A stretch of 64,000 bases of DNA from a virus (taxonomy: Duplodnaviria; Caudoviricetes), in IMG/VR virus record IMGVR_UViG_3300027792_000002, positions 617 through 64,616 of that record. The stretch is one strand, 5' to 3'. The notes below the pieces were generated by a model. It searched no databases, was not told the DNA's origin, and saw only the letters and a program-made list of their open reading frames with translations. Positions 39,014 to 48,090 of the stretch are shown here, piece by piece; position 1 is the first letter of the stretch; the number at the start of each line of letters is the position of its first letter. The position numbers and the translations under genes are program-made.

Positions 39014-41964
39014 AAAGGCTATTATTCATATTGTTGTTTGCCCCGGCGTGGCTATTCGCACAAGACCGGGCGACATCGCAGCAGATACTTTCCGGTAGCG
39101 GCAACGTGGGGACGGTTACCAGCGTAACTAGCGCAAACTCGGATTTGGCGACAGTGGCGAATACTACCTCTACTCCGTTGATTACTATAATCACAGGGGC
39201 GGTAGTGGATGATGGCACGGGGTTGAGTACGCAAGACCAGATACATGATTATATCGCTTCGCAGATAGCCAATTTCATAACCAAAGCACAAACCACAGAC
39301 AGTTTAAATACCCGGTTGGCTAGCTACCTGCCTAAAATAGACGTGGGGGATTCGATAAATGTTTATATAGCAGGAAAGGTAAACTATACGGATTCGGTTA
39401 CAAAATATGTAACCCCTACTCAATTGGAAACTGAACTAAATGCTTTGCCGGGCGGGCATGATGCTGTAACATTAGCCGGGGAGGACTACCTTTCTTTGAG
39501 TACGCAGCAAATAACAGCAAACGAAATAGATACGGCAAACATAAACATAGCCGAATTTTCTACATTCGTATCCAACCATTCATCGGTATCAAGCATAACT
39601 GGAAATGAAAGCGCGTTTGACGGATGGGACAAAGATTCATCTGATGACTTTGGAGGGGCTTATTCCAGCCTCTCCGGGATACCATCGACTTTTGCCCCGG
39701 CGGCACATACGTTTGGTTCTCATTCAGACGTTACAATAACATCAATCGCTTCTGGTGAAATATTCAAATGGGATGGGTCAAAAGTAATAAACAATACCCT
39801 TGCAGAAGCAGGTATACAACCAGCAGGGAGCTATTTGACATCAGAAACAGACGGGTCGGTATCGAATGAAGGCTCTTTTACCGTATCGGCTGGGGCTTCA
39901 AATACATCGGTCTTAAACTCGAATACTTCCGGTTCGACAGCAGTGACTTTACAAGTAGCCGGGATAAATACTATTTCCGAAGCAGGGAATACTATCACAA
40001 TAACCGGGACGGAAGTCGATGGAAGCACCACAAACGAAATTGAACTCCCATCGCAGACAGGAAACAACGGGAAATATCTGACCACAGACGGCTCTAATTC
40101 AAGTTGGGCGACAGTAGCAAGCGGGGTGACAAACCATAGTTTATTATCAAGCTTGGATTATGCAAGCGCAGGTCATACAGGATTCCAGCCTACCCTTGTA
40201 TCCGGGACAAGCATAAAAACAGTAGGCGGGGTGACTTTGCTAGGTTCTGGTGATATAGGGATAATAGGTTCTGCTTACGGTGGCACGGGCAACGGGTTCA
40301 CGAAATTTTCAGGTGCAACCACAGCAGAAAAAACATATACATTGCCGGATGCAAGCGCGACATTATTGTATTCAGGCGGGGCTTTAGGCACTCCATCATC
40401 AGGGACTTTGACGAATTGCACTTTCCCAACGTTCAATCAAAATACTTCCGGCTATGCTGAATCATTGAAAAGCGCATCGACAACCGGGTTGTTCAAAGTA
40501 ACAGGGATAGCGGCAGGTGCTACAAGGACGAAAACAACAAGGGATGCAGATGATACGTTTTTAGAATTAGGCGGTTCTTATACACCTACTGGGACTTGGT
40601 CATGGACAAGCGCATCGGTGACATGGCCTACGTTTAACCAGAATACTTCCGGGACGGCGGCTGGGCTTAGTTCTACATTGGCTATCGCAAGCGGGGGGAC
40701 TGCCAAGACATCGTTTACTGCCTATATGCCTATCACGGGAGGCACGACCACAACAGGGGCGTTGCAATCAGTGGCAACGGGTACTCAGTATTACCCATTA
40801 TGTTATAATACGTCTTCGAGCCTGCCATCTTTCCAATTATTGCCAGTTGCAGGGGGCGGGACAGGCAAAGCAACCGTAACAGCCAATTCATACCTAAAGG
40901 GCAACAATACTTCTGCTCTCGTAGAAAGGACTTATGCAGAAGTAAAAACAGATTTGAGCCTTAACCTTGTCGAAAACACGGCTTTATCTACTTGGGCTGG
41001 GACTACCAACATAACCACGATAGGCACATTGACAAACGACTTGACCGTAAGCGGCAAACTCACACCCTTATTGATAACCCAATCAAACTCTGCAACATCC
41101 GTCAATAGCGGGTTGCTGGTAAAGAAAGCAGCAGGTACAAGCGCAGCTTATTTCAGCTACGATGAAGCAAATGCAGCAGTAGAAATAGATAATCAAGCAA
41201 ACGTAGCCACCAATTTTCAATGGAGCGGTTCTACTAAGATTTCTATCAGCAACCAAGCAGCGATAACCTTAAAACATGTGATTGACGAGCCAGCGACCCC
41301 TGCATCCGGGTACGGCGTGTTTTTCTCTTATAACGATGCACCATATTGGAAGGACGACAACGGCACTTTGACAAGCCTATTACCGACAAGCGCAGCACCT
41401 ACAAATGCTACTTACATAACCCAGACAACAAACGCTACATTAAGTGCAGAACAGGCATTGAGCAGCCTTTCAACTGGGTTATTAAAGAATACAACCGGGA
41501 CGGGAGTATTGTCAATAGCAGCAGCAGGTACGGATTATCAAGCGGTACTTGTTTCAGGCACAAATATCAAAACAGTAAATTCCACTTCTTTGCTTGGGAG
41601 CGGGGATATTGCCATAAGCGGAAGCACAACTTTGACGGTACAAACATTAACATACAATGCTACCAATACGACTATGGACTACAATAGCGGTGCAGCAGGT
41701 CTGTTGACTTTGACTGGCAATGTAACTACTTTGACACTTTCAAACGTACCGGACGGCGGTTGGGGTGATATTATAATAATACAGAACGCCACCGGGGGAT
41801 ACGGGGTTTCGGACATTGCCCATTCCGGGTTGACATTAAGGTATAAAGACGGTCTTCACCCGACAGCCGGGAACATCAGTTCTGCTGCAAGTGGAAGGAC
41901 AGTATTGAGCTATATACGAAGGGGGAGCTATTTGTACATAACATTCGGGAGGTTCACAGCATGA
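39010..41964 (+). CDS. Tail fibre-like protein with signal peptide
   Basis: MKRLLFILLFAPAWLFAQ; LPSQTGNNGKYLTTDG, LVSGTxIKTV x2, GGTG repeats. Confidence 0.7.
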   Translation: MKRLLFILLFAPAWLFAQDRATSQQILSGSGNVGTVTSVTSANSDLATVANTTSTPLITIITGAVVDDGTGLSTQDQIHDYIASQIANFITKAQTTDSLNTRLASYLPKIDVGDSINVYIAGKVNYTDSVTKYVTPTQLETELNALPGGHDAVTLAGEDYLSLSTQQITANEIDTANINIAEFSTFVSNHSSVSSITGNESAFDGWDKDSSDDFGGAYSSLSGIPSTFAPAAHTFGSHSDVTITSIASGEIFKWDGSKVINNTLAEAGIQPAGSYLTSETDGSVSNEGSFTVSAGASNTSVLNSNTSGSTAVTLQVAGINTISEAGNTITITGTEVDGSTTNEIELPSQTGNNGKYLTTDGSNSSWATVASGVTNHSLLSSLDYASAGHTGFQPTLVSGTSIKTVGGVTLLGSGDIGIIGSAYGGTGNGFTKFSGATTAEKTYTLPDASATLLYSGGALGTPSSGTLTNCTFPTFNQNTSGYAESLKSASTTGLFKVTGIAAGATRTKTTRDADDTFLELGGSYTPTGTWSWTSASVTWPTFNQNTSGTAAGLSSTLAIASGGTAKTSFTAYMPITGGTTTTGALQSVATGTQYYPLCYNTSSSLPSFQLLPVAGGGTGKATVTANSYLKGNNTSALVERTYAEVKTDLSLNLVENTALSTWAGTTNITTIGTLTNDLTVSGKLTPLLITQSNSATSVNSGLLVKKAAGTSAAYFSYDEANAAVEIDNQANVATNFQWSGSTKISISNQAAITLKHVIDEPATPASGYGVFFSYNDAPYWKDDNGTLTSLLPTSAAPTNATYITQTTNATLSAEQALSSLSTGLLKNTTGTGVLSIAAAGTDYQAVLVSGTNIKTVNSTSLLGSGDIAISGSTTLTVQTLTYNATNTTMDYNSGAAGLLTLTGNVTTLTLSNVPDGGWGDIIIIQNATGGYGVSDIAHSGLTLRYKDGLHPTAGNISSAASGRTVLSYIRRGSYLYITFGRFTA

Positions 41965-43676
41965 TAAACCAAATATTCATACTATTCTTTTTGCTGGATT
42001 TTTTCAGCCTTAACAACATCCCGCAACCAGCAGAGATATTGCAGACTAGCGCAACAGGGATATTCAACCAAGCGCACTCGTCTTGTATCCGGGGGGACAA
42101 AATATATTTAGGAGAACGGTCAACAACCCCTAAAGTAGTCCGATTCAACGACCTTGACGATTTGAGCGATTATACGTCGCAGACAATATCCGGGACGCAG
42201 GATTTGGAATCAATGGTTTACGACCCTGTTACAGACAATATCTATGCAACAGGGTACGACAATACCACAAATTATTACCTTGACATAGTAGAAATTGACC
42301 CGGTAACGCTATCAACTTATACGGTTCACCACATAACGAACGGGGGGAGCAGCTACGTTGCTTATTCGGGACCGTCTATTTGCACAGATGGTACATATAT
42401 ATACGGCGTGACCTATGAATATGGCGGCAGTTGCGAATTTTTCAAGATAGACATGTCAACGTGGACGATAGTAGATACCCAAGAATGGACGAACGCAGAC
42501 CGGGGACATTCCTGCCAGATAAACATAGCAAGGGGCGAAATGTATGTGACTTCCTTCGGTGACAATATGTTTGCAAAAGTAAGCCTATCAGACCTTAGTT
42601 ATTCGGAAGTTGACATGTCGAGCTATGTGACCAATCCGACAGATGATTTCTGCTATTATGATGACGGCACGACTTGCAGGTGCTACATCGCAGGGGAAAA
42701 CTGGACTGCTGGGAATACGGGGGGCGTGGTAGTCACGACTACAAGCTCAAATGCTTTGTCTGCATTGTCGTTTACGAAAAGCTATGGTGTTTACAGGTAT
42801 GGCACTACTGTTTTGAATATGGGTTACAAAGGCGAGTGCGTACAAACGGTGGATGCTACCGATTATGGCACGACTGAAACATACCCTGTCGAAACATCGG
42901 GCTATGTATTGAATGAAATGGTAGTATTGAACGGGAGGATATTTGCTACGCACTGGCACGCTTCTGCTTCTGTCTTATTAGAATTGTTGATAGGGGATAT
43001 TGGCATAGAGGGGAGTTACCCGGAATTTGCCGATTATAATTGGAATTTTTCAAACACATCTACCACTGGCAACGCATCGACAACGTACCCATTGACACAA
43101 AACAACGATCTTTTGATAATGTGCTACAATTCAGAAGTCAGCACATTGCCGTCAACACCTTCTGGATGGACGCTAGACGGATATATCCAAGACAACGGCA
43201 TTTCTGCCGGGTTCTTTTGGAAACGTGCAGATGGCACTGAATCCGGTTCTCAAATCATTAGCGGATTCCCAACCAACAAAATAGTTATGACAAATATATT
43301 AGTATTTAGGAATTGCATAACTACTGGCACTCCTTTTTCTGGATTCGATTTAAATAATGAATATTCCACCCCGACTACAACTGTAACTGCCACATTGCCG
43401 ACTTCTGCTTTTACATACCTAAATACAGTAGTCCTTATATATACAGTAAGCCCAACAAATATTTATCAGGACATTGATAATTTAACGAATGGGATAACAT
43501 TGAATTATAGGCTGAATAATGGTTGTACATTGGCTAGCGGCGAACACGGGCAAATAGCAGTACAAGACTTAAATAGGGACGTAGTTGGGTCAACAGTAGA
43601 TGTAAGTACTACGTTAGATAACAGCGCATATTACGTGACTTTTAATTTCAATTTATTGTCGCCTTATAGTGAATAA
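41961..43676 (+). CDS. Beta-propeller-like putative receptor-binding protein
   Basis: Repeated beta-rich blades; TPSGWTL C-terminal domain; hydrophobic N-terminus. Confidence 0.55.
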   Translation: MINQIFILFFLLDFFSLNNIPQPAEILQTSATGIFNQAHSSCIRGDKIYLGERSTTPKVVRFNDLDDLSDYTSQTISGTQDLESMVYDPVTDNIYATGYDNTTNYYLDIVEIDPVTLSTYTVHHITNGGSSYVAYSGPSICTDGTYIYGVTYEYGGSCEFFKIDMSTWTIVDTQEWTNADRGHSCQINIARGEMYVTSFGDNMFAKVSLSDLSYSEVDMSSYVTNPTDDFCYYDDGTTCRCYIAGENWTAGNTGGVVVTTTSSNALSALSFTKSYGVYRYGTTVLNMGYKGECVQTVDATDYGTTETYPVETSGYVLNEMVVLNGRIFATHWHASASVLLELLIGDIGIEGSYPEFADYNWNFSNTSTTGNASTTYPLTQNNDLLIMCYNSEVSTLPSTPSGWTLDGYIQDNGISAGFFWKRADGTESGSQIISGFPTNKIVMTNILVFRNCITTGTPFSGFDLNNEYSTPTTTVTATLPTSAFTYLNTVVLIYTVSPTNIYQDIDNLTNGITLNYRLNNGCTLASGEHGQIAVQDLNRDVVGSTVDVSTTLDNSAYYVTFNFNLLSPYSE

Positions 43677-43704
43677 AATTAATATAAACTAAAAAATAAA
43701 GATT

Positions 43705-44163
43705 ATGCCTAACGAAGAACCAGTATTCATACCCCCGAAGCCGGGGGGCGACAAAAGTGCAAAGCTGCAAGAGCCGCAATTGATAAAAAAGTGGATGGTC
43801 TATACGGTCATGGGGATTTCCGTGTATTACCTCTTGGTGTATGTATTCATTTCCATCTATTATTATTCTGGGATGGGCAAACTGAATGAATTGTATGCCA
43901 TATCCTCTAATCTGTCATTGGCAGGGCTGATGTTCGTATTCTTGCGGCTTTTTGAAAAAGGGAAGATAAATTTACATATAAGGGCAGTGATTTTAACAAG
44001 CGTGATATTCTTTGCTTCGCTTTCGATGATATACCTAGTGCAATGGGTAATCTATGGCAAAAGCTATACTTTGAGCAAACAGGCATTGATATTGAGCTTA
44101 GTGGCAACCTTTATATACATTGTTTATGATATTGTTAGAACTCATTCAAATCGAGCCAAGTAG
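43705..44163 (+). CDS. Four-TM membrane protein
   Basis: Four hydrophobic segments; lysis region. Confidence 0.6.
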   Translation: MPNEEPVFIPPKPGGDKSAKLQEPQLIKKWMVYTVMGISVYYLLVYVFISIYYYSGMGKLNELYAISSNLSLAGLMFVFLRLFEKGKINLHIRAVILTSVIFFASLSMIYLVQWVIYGKSYTLSKQALILSLVATFIYIVYDIVRTHSNRAK

Positions 44164-44446
44164 CGTGATTAGTTTTTTAGTCGGAATATCCGGGTTGATC
44201 GGCGTGTTTTATGGCGTAAAATCGTATTACAAGAAACACAAACCAGTCGAAATGGCCGACATAGAGGAAGTAAAAAAAGAAACGATGGATCGTGTCAAAT
44301 TGGTAGAGGCAGACGTAAAGTGCAAGGCAGATAAAACGTATGTCGATGATCGTATAGAATCTATCTATAAACGGTTAGACCGTGATGCCGACAATATCGA
44401 CAAAAAATTGAATATCATAATAGGGTTTTATGAAAGGAAAAAATAA
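44126..44446 (+). CDS. Single-TM coiled-coil protein (holin-like)
   Basis: TM then coiled coil; TAATG-coupled to endolysin. Confidence 0.5.
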   Translation: MILLELIQIEPSSVISFLVGISGLIGVFYGVKSYYKKHKPVEMADIEEVKKETMDRVKLVEADVKCKADKTYVDDRIESIYKRLDRDADNIDKKLNIIIGFYERKK

Positions 44447-44787
44447 TGAATAATTTGACGTTAAGGCAAAAGCAAAGCATATTCTTAAAAAATGCAGCTA
44501 AATTGATTCTTTGGGCATTTGAAAACGGGTTTGAACTTACTGGGGGAGAACTTTTACGTACCGAATCACAACAAGCAGAATACGTTAAAACAGGCAAATC
44601 AAAGACAATGAATAGCCGACACCTGCAAAAGTTGGCTATCGACATTAATTTGTTTGTCGATGGCAAATATAGGTATGACAAAGAAGCATACAAACTCCTT
44701 GCTGAATATTGGAAAACATTACACCAAGACAATGTTGCGGGGTACGATTGGGGCTGGGATGCAAACCATTTTGAAATGAAACCTTAA
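44446..44787 (+). CDS. Endolysin, peptidase M15 family
   Basis: RTESQQ, SRHLQKLAIDI, WDANHFE Zn ligands. Confidence 0.85.
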   Translation: MNNLTLRQKQSIFLKNAAKLILWAFENGFELTGGELLRTESQQAEYVKTGKSKTMNSRHLQKLAIDINLFVDGKYRYDKEAYKLLAEYWKTLHQDNVAGYDWGWDANHFEMKP

Positions 44788-44797
44788 ATATTAAATT

Positions 44798-45067
44798 ATG
44801 AGTTGGTTTAAAAAAACATGGGAATTTTTAAAGAACAAAAAAACCTATTTGACCGTAGGCGGGTTCTTGTCATGGAAAATAGTCAATGCTTTTATAAATA
44901 CGGGGGTAACACAAGAACAGGAAACAGTGATCGACCTTGCGTTTGAAACATTGATGGGTTACGGGTTATTCGACAAGTTGAGGCGGAATGAGAAAGAAAA
45001 CAATACTATCGGTAAAACAATCGAAAATGCAGGGAAAATTTTTAAACAAAACCGAAAAAGAGATTGA
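44798..45067 (+). CDS. Putative holin
   Basis: FLKNKKTYL N-terminus, small, after endolysin. Confidence 0.45.
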   Translation: MSWFKKTWEFLKNKKTYLTVGGFLSWKIVNAFINTGVTQEQETVIDLAFETLMGYGLFDKLRRNEKENNTIGKTIENAGKIFKQNRKRD

Positions 45068-45136
45068 GAGCCTGATAAAATTCAGGTTCAAAATAAATAT
45101 AAACATTAATAAATTAATAAAGAAAGCGAGGAAGCT

Positions 45137-45493
45137 ATGGGAGAAATTGAAAAATTAGGCATTGATGTCTTGGAAAAAGACTTGGTAGTCTTGGCAAAAC
45201 TTACCGGGGCAATCGACAAAGCCCTGGAGGACGACAAAATTAGTACCGGGGAATGGATTGGCATCGGCTTTAAAGCCGTTGACTTGGTAGGCGTTTTCAA
45301 AAACATCAAAAAAGCGAAAGCACAATTGATGAATTTGGACTTGGAAGAAAAAGAGCAACTAAAATCGACTTTTGTCAAAGAATTTGATATTTCAAACGAC
45401 AAAGTAGAGGAAGTTGTCGAAAGCATTATTGTTATAGCCATTGATTTGGCTGTCGGAATGGAACTTATTGGAGGAAATGCAAAAGCTGCATAA
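45137..45493 (+). CDS. Hypothetical lysis-region protein
   Basis: ALEDDKISTGEW motif. Confidence 0.6.
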   Translation: MGEIEKLGIDVLEKDLVVLAKLTGAIDKALEDDKISTGEWIGIGFKAVDLVGVFKNIKKAKAQLMNLDLEEKEQLKSTFVKEFDISNDKVEEVVESIIVIAIDLAVGMELIGGNAKAA

Positions 45494-45530
45494 GCTTCCT
45501 GTTTTCATAGTTTTAGTTTAGTTTTTGATT

Positions 45531-45560
45531 AACCCCGGAAAATTTTCCGGGGTTTAAAAA
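45531..45560. terminator. Hairpin between convergent late and early arms
   Basis: AACCCCGGAA-aatt-TTCCGGGGTT. Confidence 0.7.
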
Positions 45561-45580
45561 ACAGAAAATAATGACTGTTT

Positions 45581-45799
45581 TTAATTTAGCAACAAAACAA
45601 TATCCTTAGCGAAAATTCCGGCTACTTGGTCGAGCAGGGCAAAGTCGAGTGTTTTGCCAGCCTCGAAGTCAACATATTTGCGGAGGCTAACATTTAAGTT
45701 TTTAGCCATTTGTGCCTGCGTGCAATTTTTTGCACGTTCTATTTTTAATTGTGCAAGAATTTGCACATAATTGTTGCTTAGTTTATCTGAAACCACCAT
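45581..45799 (-). CDS. XRE HTH regulator at left flank of array B
   Basis: CTQAQMAKNLNVSLRKYVDFEAGK. Confidence 0.8.
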   Translation of the reverse strand: MVVSDKLSNNYVQILAQLKIERAKNCTQAQMAKNLNVSLRKYVDFEAGKTLDFALLDQVAGIFAKDIVLLLN

Positions 45800-45839
45800 A
45801 ATATCAGTTAGTTATTAAAAATATAGATATATAAACGAG

Positions 45840-46058
45840 TTATGCCTCATTTGTAAGACACAGTAATCTAAATATCACACCATCTAATTTTTGTGCTGAT
45901 GCTTCATCGTCTCGATTTCTTGCTTCTACCTTCAATTGTTCTAAATCTGTTATGATTTGATTGTCTCTTTGTAAAACAGCTTTACGAGAAAAACGAGGCA
46001 TAACAGCACCTATACCCAATTGGGCAGTTTCTTGGTTATTCAAATTTTCGTGTATCAT
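45840..46058 (-). CDS. Cassette protein starting inside attC-like loop
   Basis: ETAQLGIGAVMPR encoded by the attC arm; stop in GTTA box. Confidence 0.6.
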   Translation of the reverse strand: MIHENLNNQETAQLGIGAVMPRFSRKAVLQRDNQIITDLEQLKVEARNRDDEASAQKLDGVIFRLLCLTNEA

Positions 46059-46130
46059 ATTTACTTTATTTTAAGTTGATAATTTTCTGTTTCAAATTGC
46101 CAAACTGGGCATAGCTGCGAACCGTTAGCG
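45998..46130 (+). repeat. attC-like site B1 (133 bp)
   Basis: CATAAC-ctatacccaattgggcagttt...aaattgccaaactgggcatag-..CCGTTAGC. Confidence 0.75.
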
Positions 46131-46388
46131 TTCAGTTTGCTGATGTTTGCAAGTTGCTTTATAATAACAAATATGTGTTTTGGGTGTATGAAAATGGCAT
46201 TCCATAGCATTGTGATCGCAAACCGTTCGCTTCGAAACGCTAACATTTTGCAAATCCAATATTTTTAACTCACAGACGTATAAAATCATGTCTTTTTCTT
46301 CCTGTCCGGGGTAATCACTAACGGTTACATCTTTTATAAAATTTTCTAATCGTTTCCAAAATCCTAATTCTTTCGTGTAATCCTTCAT
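46125..46388 (-). CDS. Cassette protein spanning attC-like arm
   Basis: LQNVSVS at the junction; Cys/His-rich C-terminus. Confidence 0.6.
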   Translation of the reverse strand: MKDYTKELGFWKRLENFIKDVTVSDYPGQEEKDMILYVCELKILDLQNVSVSKRTVCDHNAMECHFHTPKTHICYYKATCKHQQTER

Positions 46389-46443
46389 TTTATTGGTTTT
46401 TAAAATTCGTTAAAAATACTGTACTTGCAAGTTGCCGTTAGAG
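46238..46443 (+). repeat. attC-like site B2 (206 bp, weak inner stem)
   Basis: GCTAAC-ttgcaa...ttgcaa-gttgCCGTTAGAG. Confidence 0.5.
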
Positions 46444-46570
46444 CGGAAGCCCGAAGGGCTTTCGCTCTAACGGCTCCGTGCTTTGCGCGAGTCCAGCCCT
46501 TCGGGACTGTCCTCTAACACGTGCTTTGCGCCAGGCGCAAGCCCGTGCGCAAAGCACGAAGCCGTTAGGC
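46437..46570 (+). mobile_element. GC-rich ORF-less cassette plus attC-like site B3
   Basis: Near-identical to 2513-2646 with 15-bp loop inverted. Confidence 0.75.
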
Positions 46571-46576
46571 ACAATA

Positions 46577-46807
46577 CTAAGACTGCGCCCGTAACCATTC
46601 TGTAAGTTTCTTTTTTGCATCGTATCTTTCGACTTTGCCAATTTGCACATTAAATGAACCCATCCTTTGATAACATTCTCCGTAATAATTTGAAAAAGCA
46701 ACGAAGTTATTATTTCTAACAACCCAATAATTACCCCGAAATGAGTAAACCCCATCTTTTCGTGTCTTTGCCTTATCGTGCAGTAAAATAGTTTCGTCAA
46801 TTGTCAT
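46577..46807 (-). CDS. Hypothetical cassette protein
   Basis: ORF from MTIDET fills cassette. Confidence 0.7.
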   Translation of the reverse strand: MTIDETILLHDKAKTRKDGVYSFRGNYWVVRNNNFVAFSNYYGECYQRMGSFNVQIGKVERYDAKKKLTEWLRAQS

Positions 46808-46822
46808 GATAAAAAGTACTGT

Positions 46823-46951
46823 GCCTAACACTAAATATAAAATATACGGGTGTTAGTGCGTATTTGAACGGTACTACCTTTAATTAAGTGTTGTGTATCG
46901 GGATAGGATACCGCTTTTAATCCCGTACATTTCATATTTTTAACGTTAGGC
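46823..46951 (+). repeat. attC-like site B4 (129 bp)
   Basis: CCTAAC-aaatataaaatatacggg...cccgtacatttcatattt-ttaaCGTTAGG. Confidence 0.75.
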
Positions 46952-46955
46952 ACAA

Positions 46956-47237
46956 TTAAACCACCTGCCTACTATGGTCTGAATCAACAACCCGCTTAAT
47001 TGGTGTTTCATATACTTTTACTCCTGTTATAGTATCGCCTTTGTCGTTAAATGTGATATTCGTTACTACTTCGGATGGCTTCTTGCTTTCTTGTACAATT
47101 CCAATCCACCTGTGGTTTTCATTAGAGAAACTTCCGTTTTCCATTTTGAAGCCAGCACTACCAAAAGCGTTTTCTAAAACTTGGTAAAGTGTTGTTTCTT
47201 CTAATTGCCCTTTTGAGTTTTTAATATAAATTTCCAT
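46956..47237 (-). CDS. Hypothetical cassette protein
   Basis: 93-aa ORF fills cassette. Confidence 0.7.
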   Translation of the reverse strand: MEIYIKNSKGQLEETTLYQVLENAFGSAGFKMENGSFSNENHRWIGIVQESKKPSEVVTNITFNDKGDTITGVKVYETPIKRVVDSDHSRQVV

Positions 47238-47253
47238 GATAATAATTAACTGT

Positions 47254-47341
47254 GCCTAACAAGCGGTCATAAAACATGCCGCAATTAGGCGGGTTTGCCA
47301 CGCTTCTACTCAAACACGTCACCGTTAAAGCTATGTTAGCG
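47254..47341 (+). repeat. attC-like site B5 (88 bp, degenerate)
   Basis: CCTAAC-aagcggt...accgtt-aaagctatGTTAGC. Confidence 0.5.
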
Positions 47342-47346
47342 GTAAT

Positions 47347-47568
47347 TTATGACGGACATTCTAATTTGAAGCTGCCTGACAAATAACAAGCATCATCCAA
47401 ATAAGAATAGCTTACATGTTTACCAGCTAATAGCCATTTGCATTTCTTTTCGATGTGCGGGCATTTTATGTATCTTTTTTTTATAAAACTACCGTTAACA
47501 ACGTGTTCAACCAATAAAAGTGTTCCGTTGTAATCCGAAGTTCCAATTACTTTTTCAATGTCTTGCAT
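47347..47568 (-). CDS. Cys-rich protein spanning right end of array B
   Basis: EHVVNGS at the junction. Confidence 0.55.
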   Translation of the reverse strand: MQDIEKVIGTSDYNGTLLLVEHVVNGSFIKKRYIKCPHIEKKCKWLLAGKHVSYSYLDDACYLSGSFKLECPS

Positions 47569-47727
47569 ATTGATAAAATATTAAATTATAATTTTATTTT
47601 CGGCTCTCTTTGAACCTGCTTCTTCAACTACCAATATATTGCAACATTCAATGAGCCTTTGCTCCAGCCTTTTTATAGGCAATTTATTTTCCGTATATTC
47701 TTGTATTGTTTTAAAATATGATATATG

Positions 47728-48090
47728 TCATGTTTTATCTGCTTTTTTAATAGACAATGATTTGAACGATACAATGTCCCCTATTTGGAAAAACCTTGAC
47801 CCTACTTTGAATTTAGAAGAAAGTTTGCAAAATTCCTGCTCGTTTAATTTCCTTTTGAATTTATCTTTGTTGTTAAGCAAAAACATTATAAATTCATTTT
47901 GTGTCAAAGATGGTAGATAAACCAAAAAGTTGGTATTGAAGGAACAATATTCCTGCAATATATTGAGTTTTGCATTCATAGACCGTTCTTTGATAATTTT
48001 ATAAGCCAACTCATCGCTTACCAACTGTAATTCAGAAATAAGTTTACAACTTTTACAATCCTTTTGCATGTTCAAATTGTTTAAATTCAA
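47728..48090 (-). CDS. Hypothetical replication-region protein
   Basis: Overlaps helicase end. Confidence 0.55.
   Translation of the reverse strand: MNLNNLNMQKDCKSCKLISELQLVSDELAYKIIKERSMNAKLNILQEYCSFNTNFLVYLPSLTQNEFIMFLLNNKDKFKRKLNEQEFCKLSSKFKVGSRFFQIGDIVSFKSLSIKKADKT

Larger units (their letters stand above)
45839..47499 (+). mobile_element. Integron-like cassette array B (6 cassettes, 5 attC-like sites)
   Basis: IR-bounded units 45839-46004, 46124-46244, 46437-46471, 46564-46829, 46945-47260, 47335-47499. Confidence 0.8.

Noticed and set aside
15752-45493. Alternative genetic code or introns in core genes
   Set aside because: Core genes are intact under the standard code with tight gene coupling.
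46438-46800. ORFs running through GC-rich elements (also 53059-53271, 53145-53459, 54652-54933)
   Set aside because: Better explained as stop-poor hairpin or ncRNA sequence.
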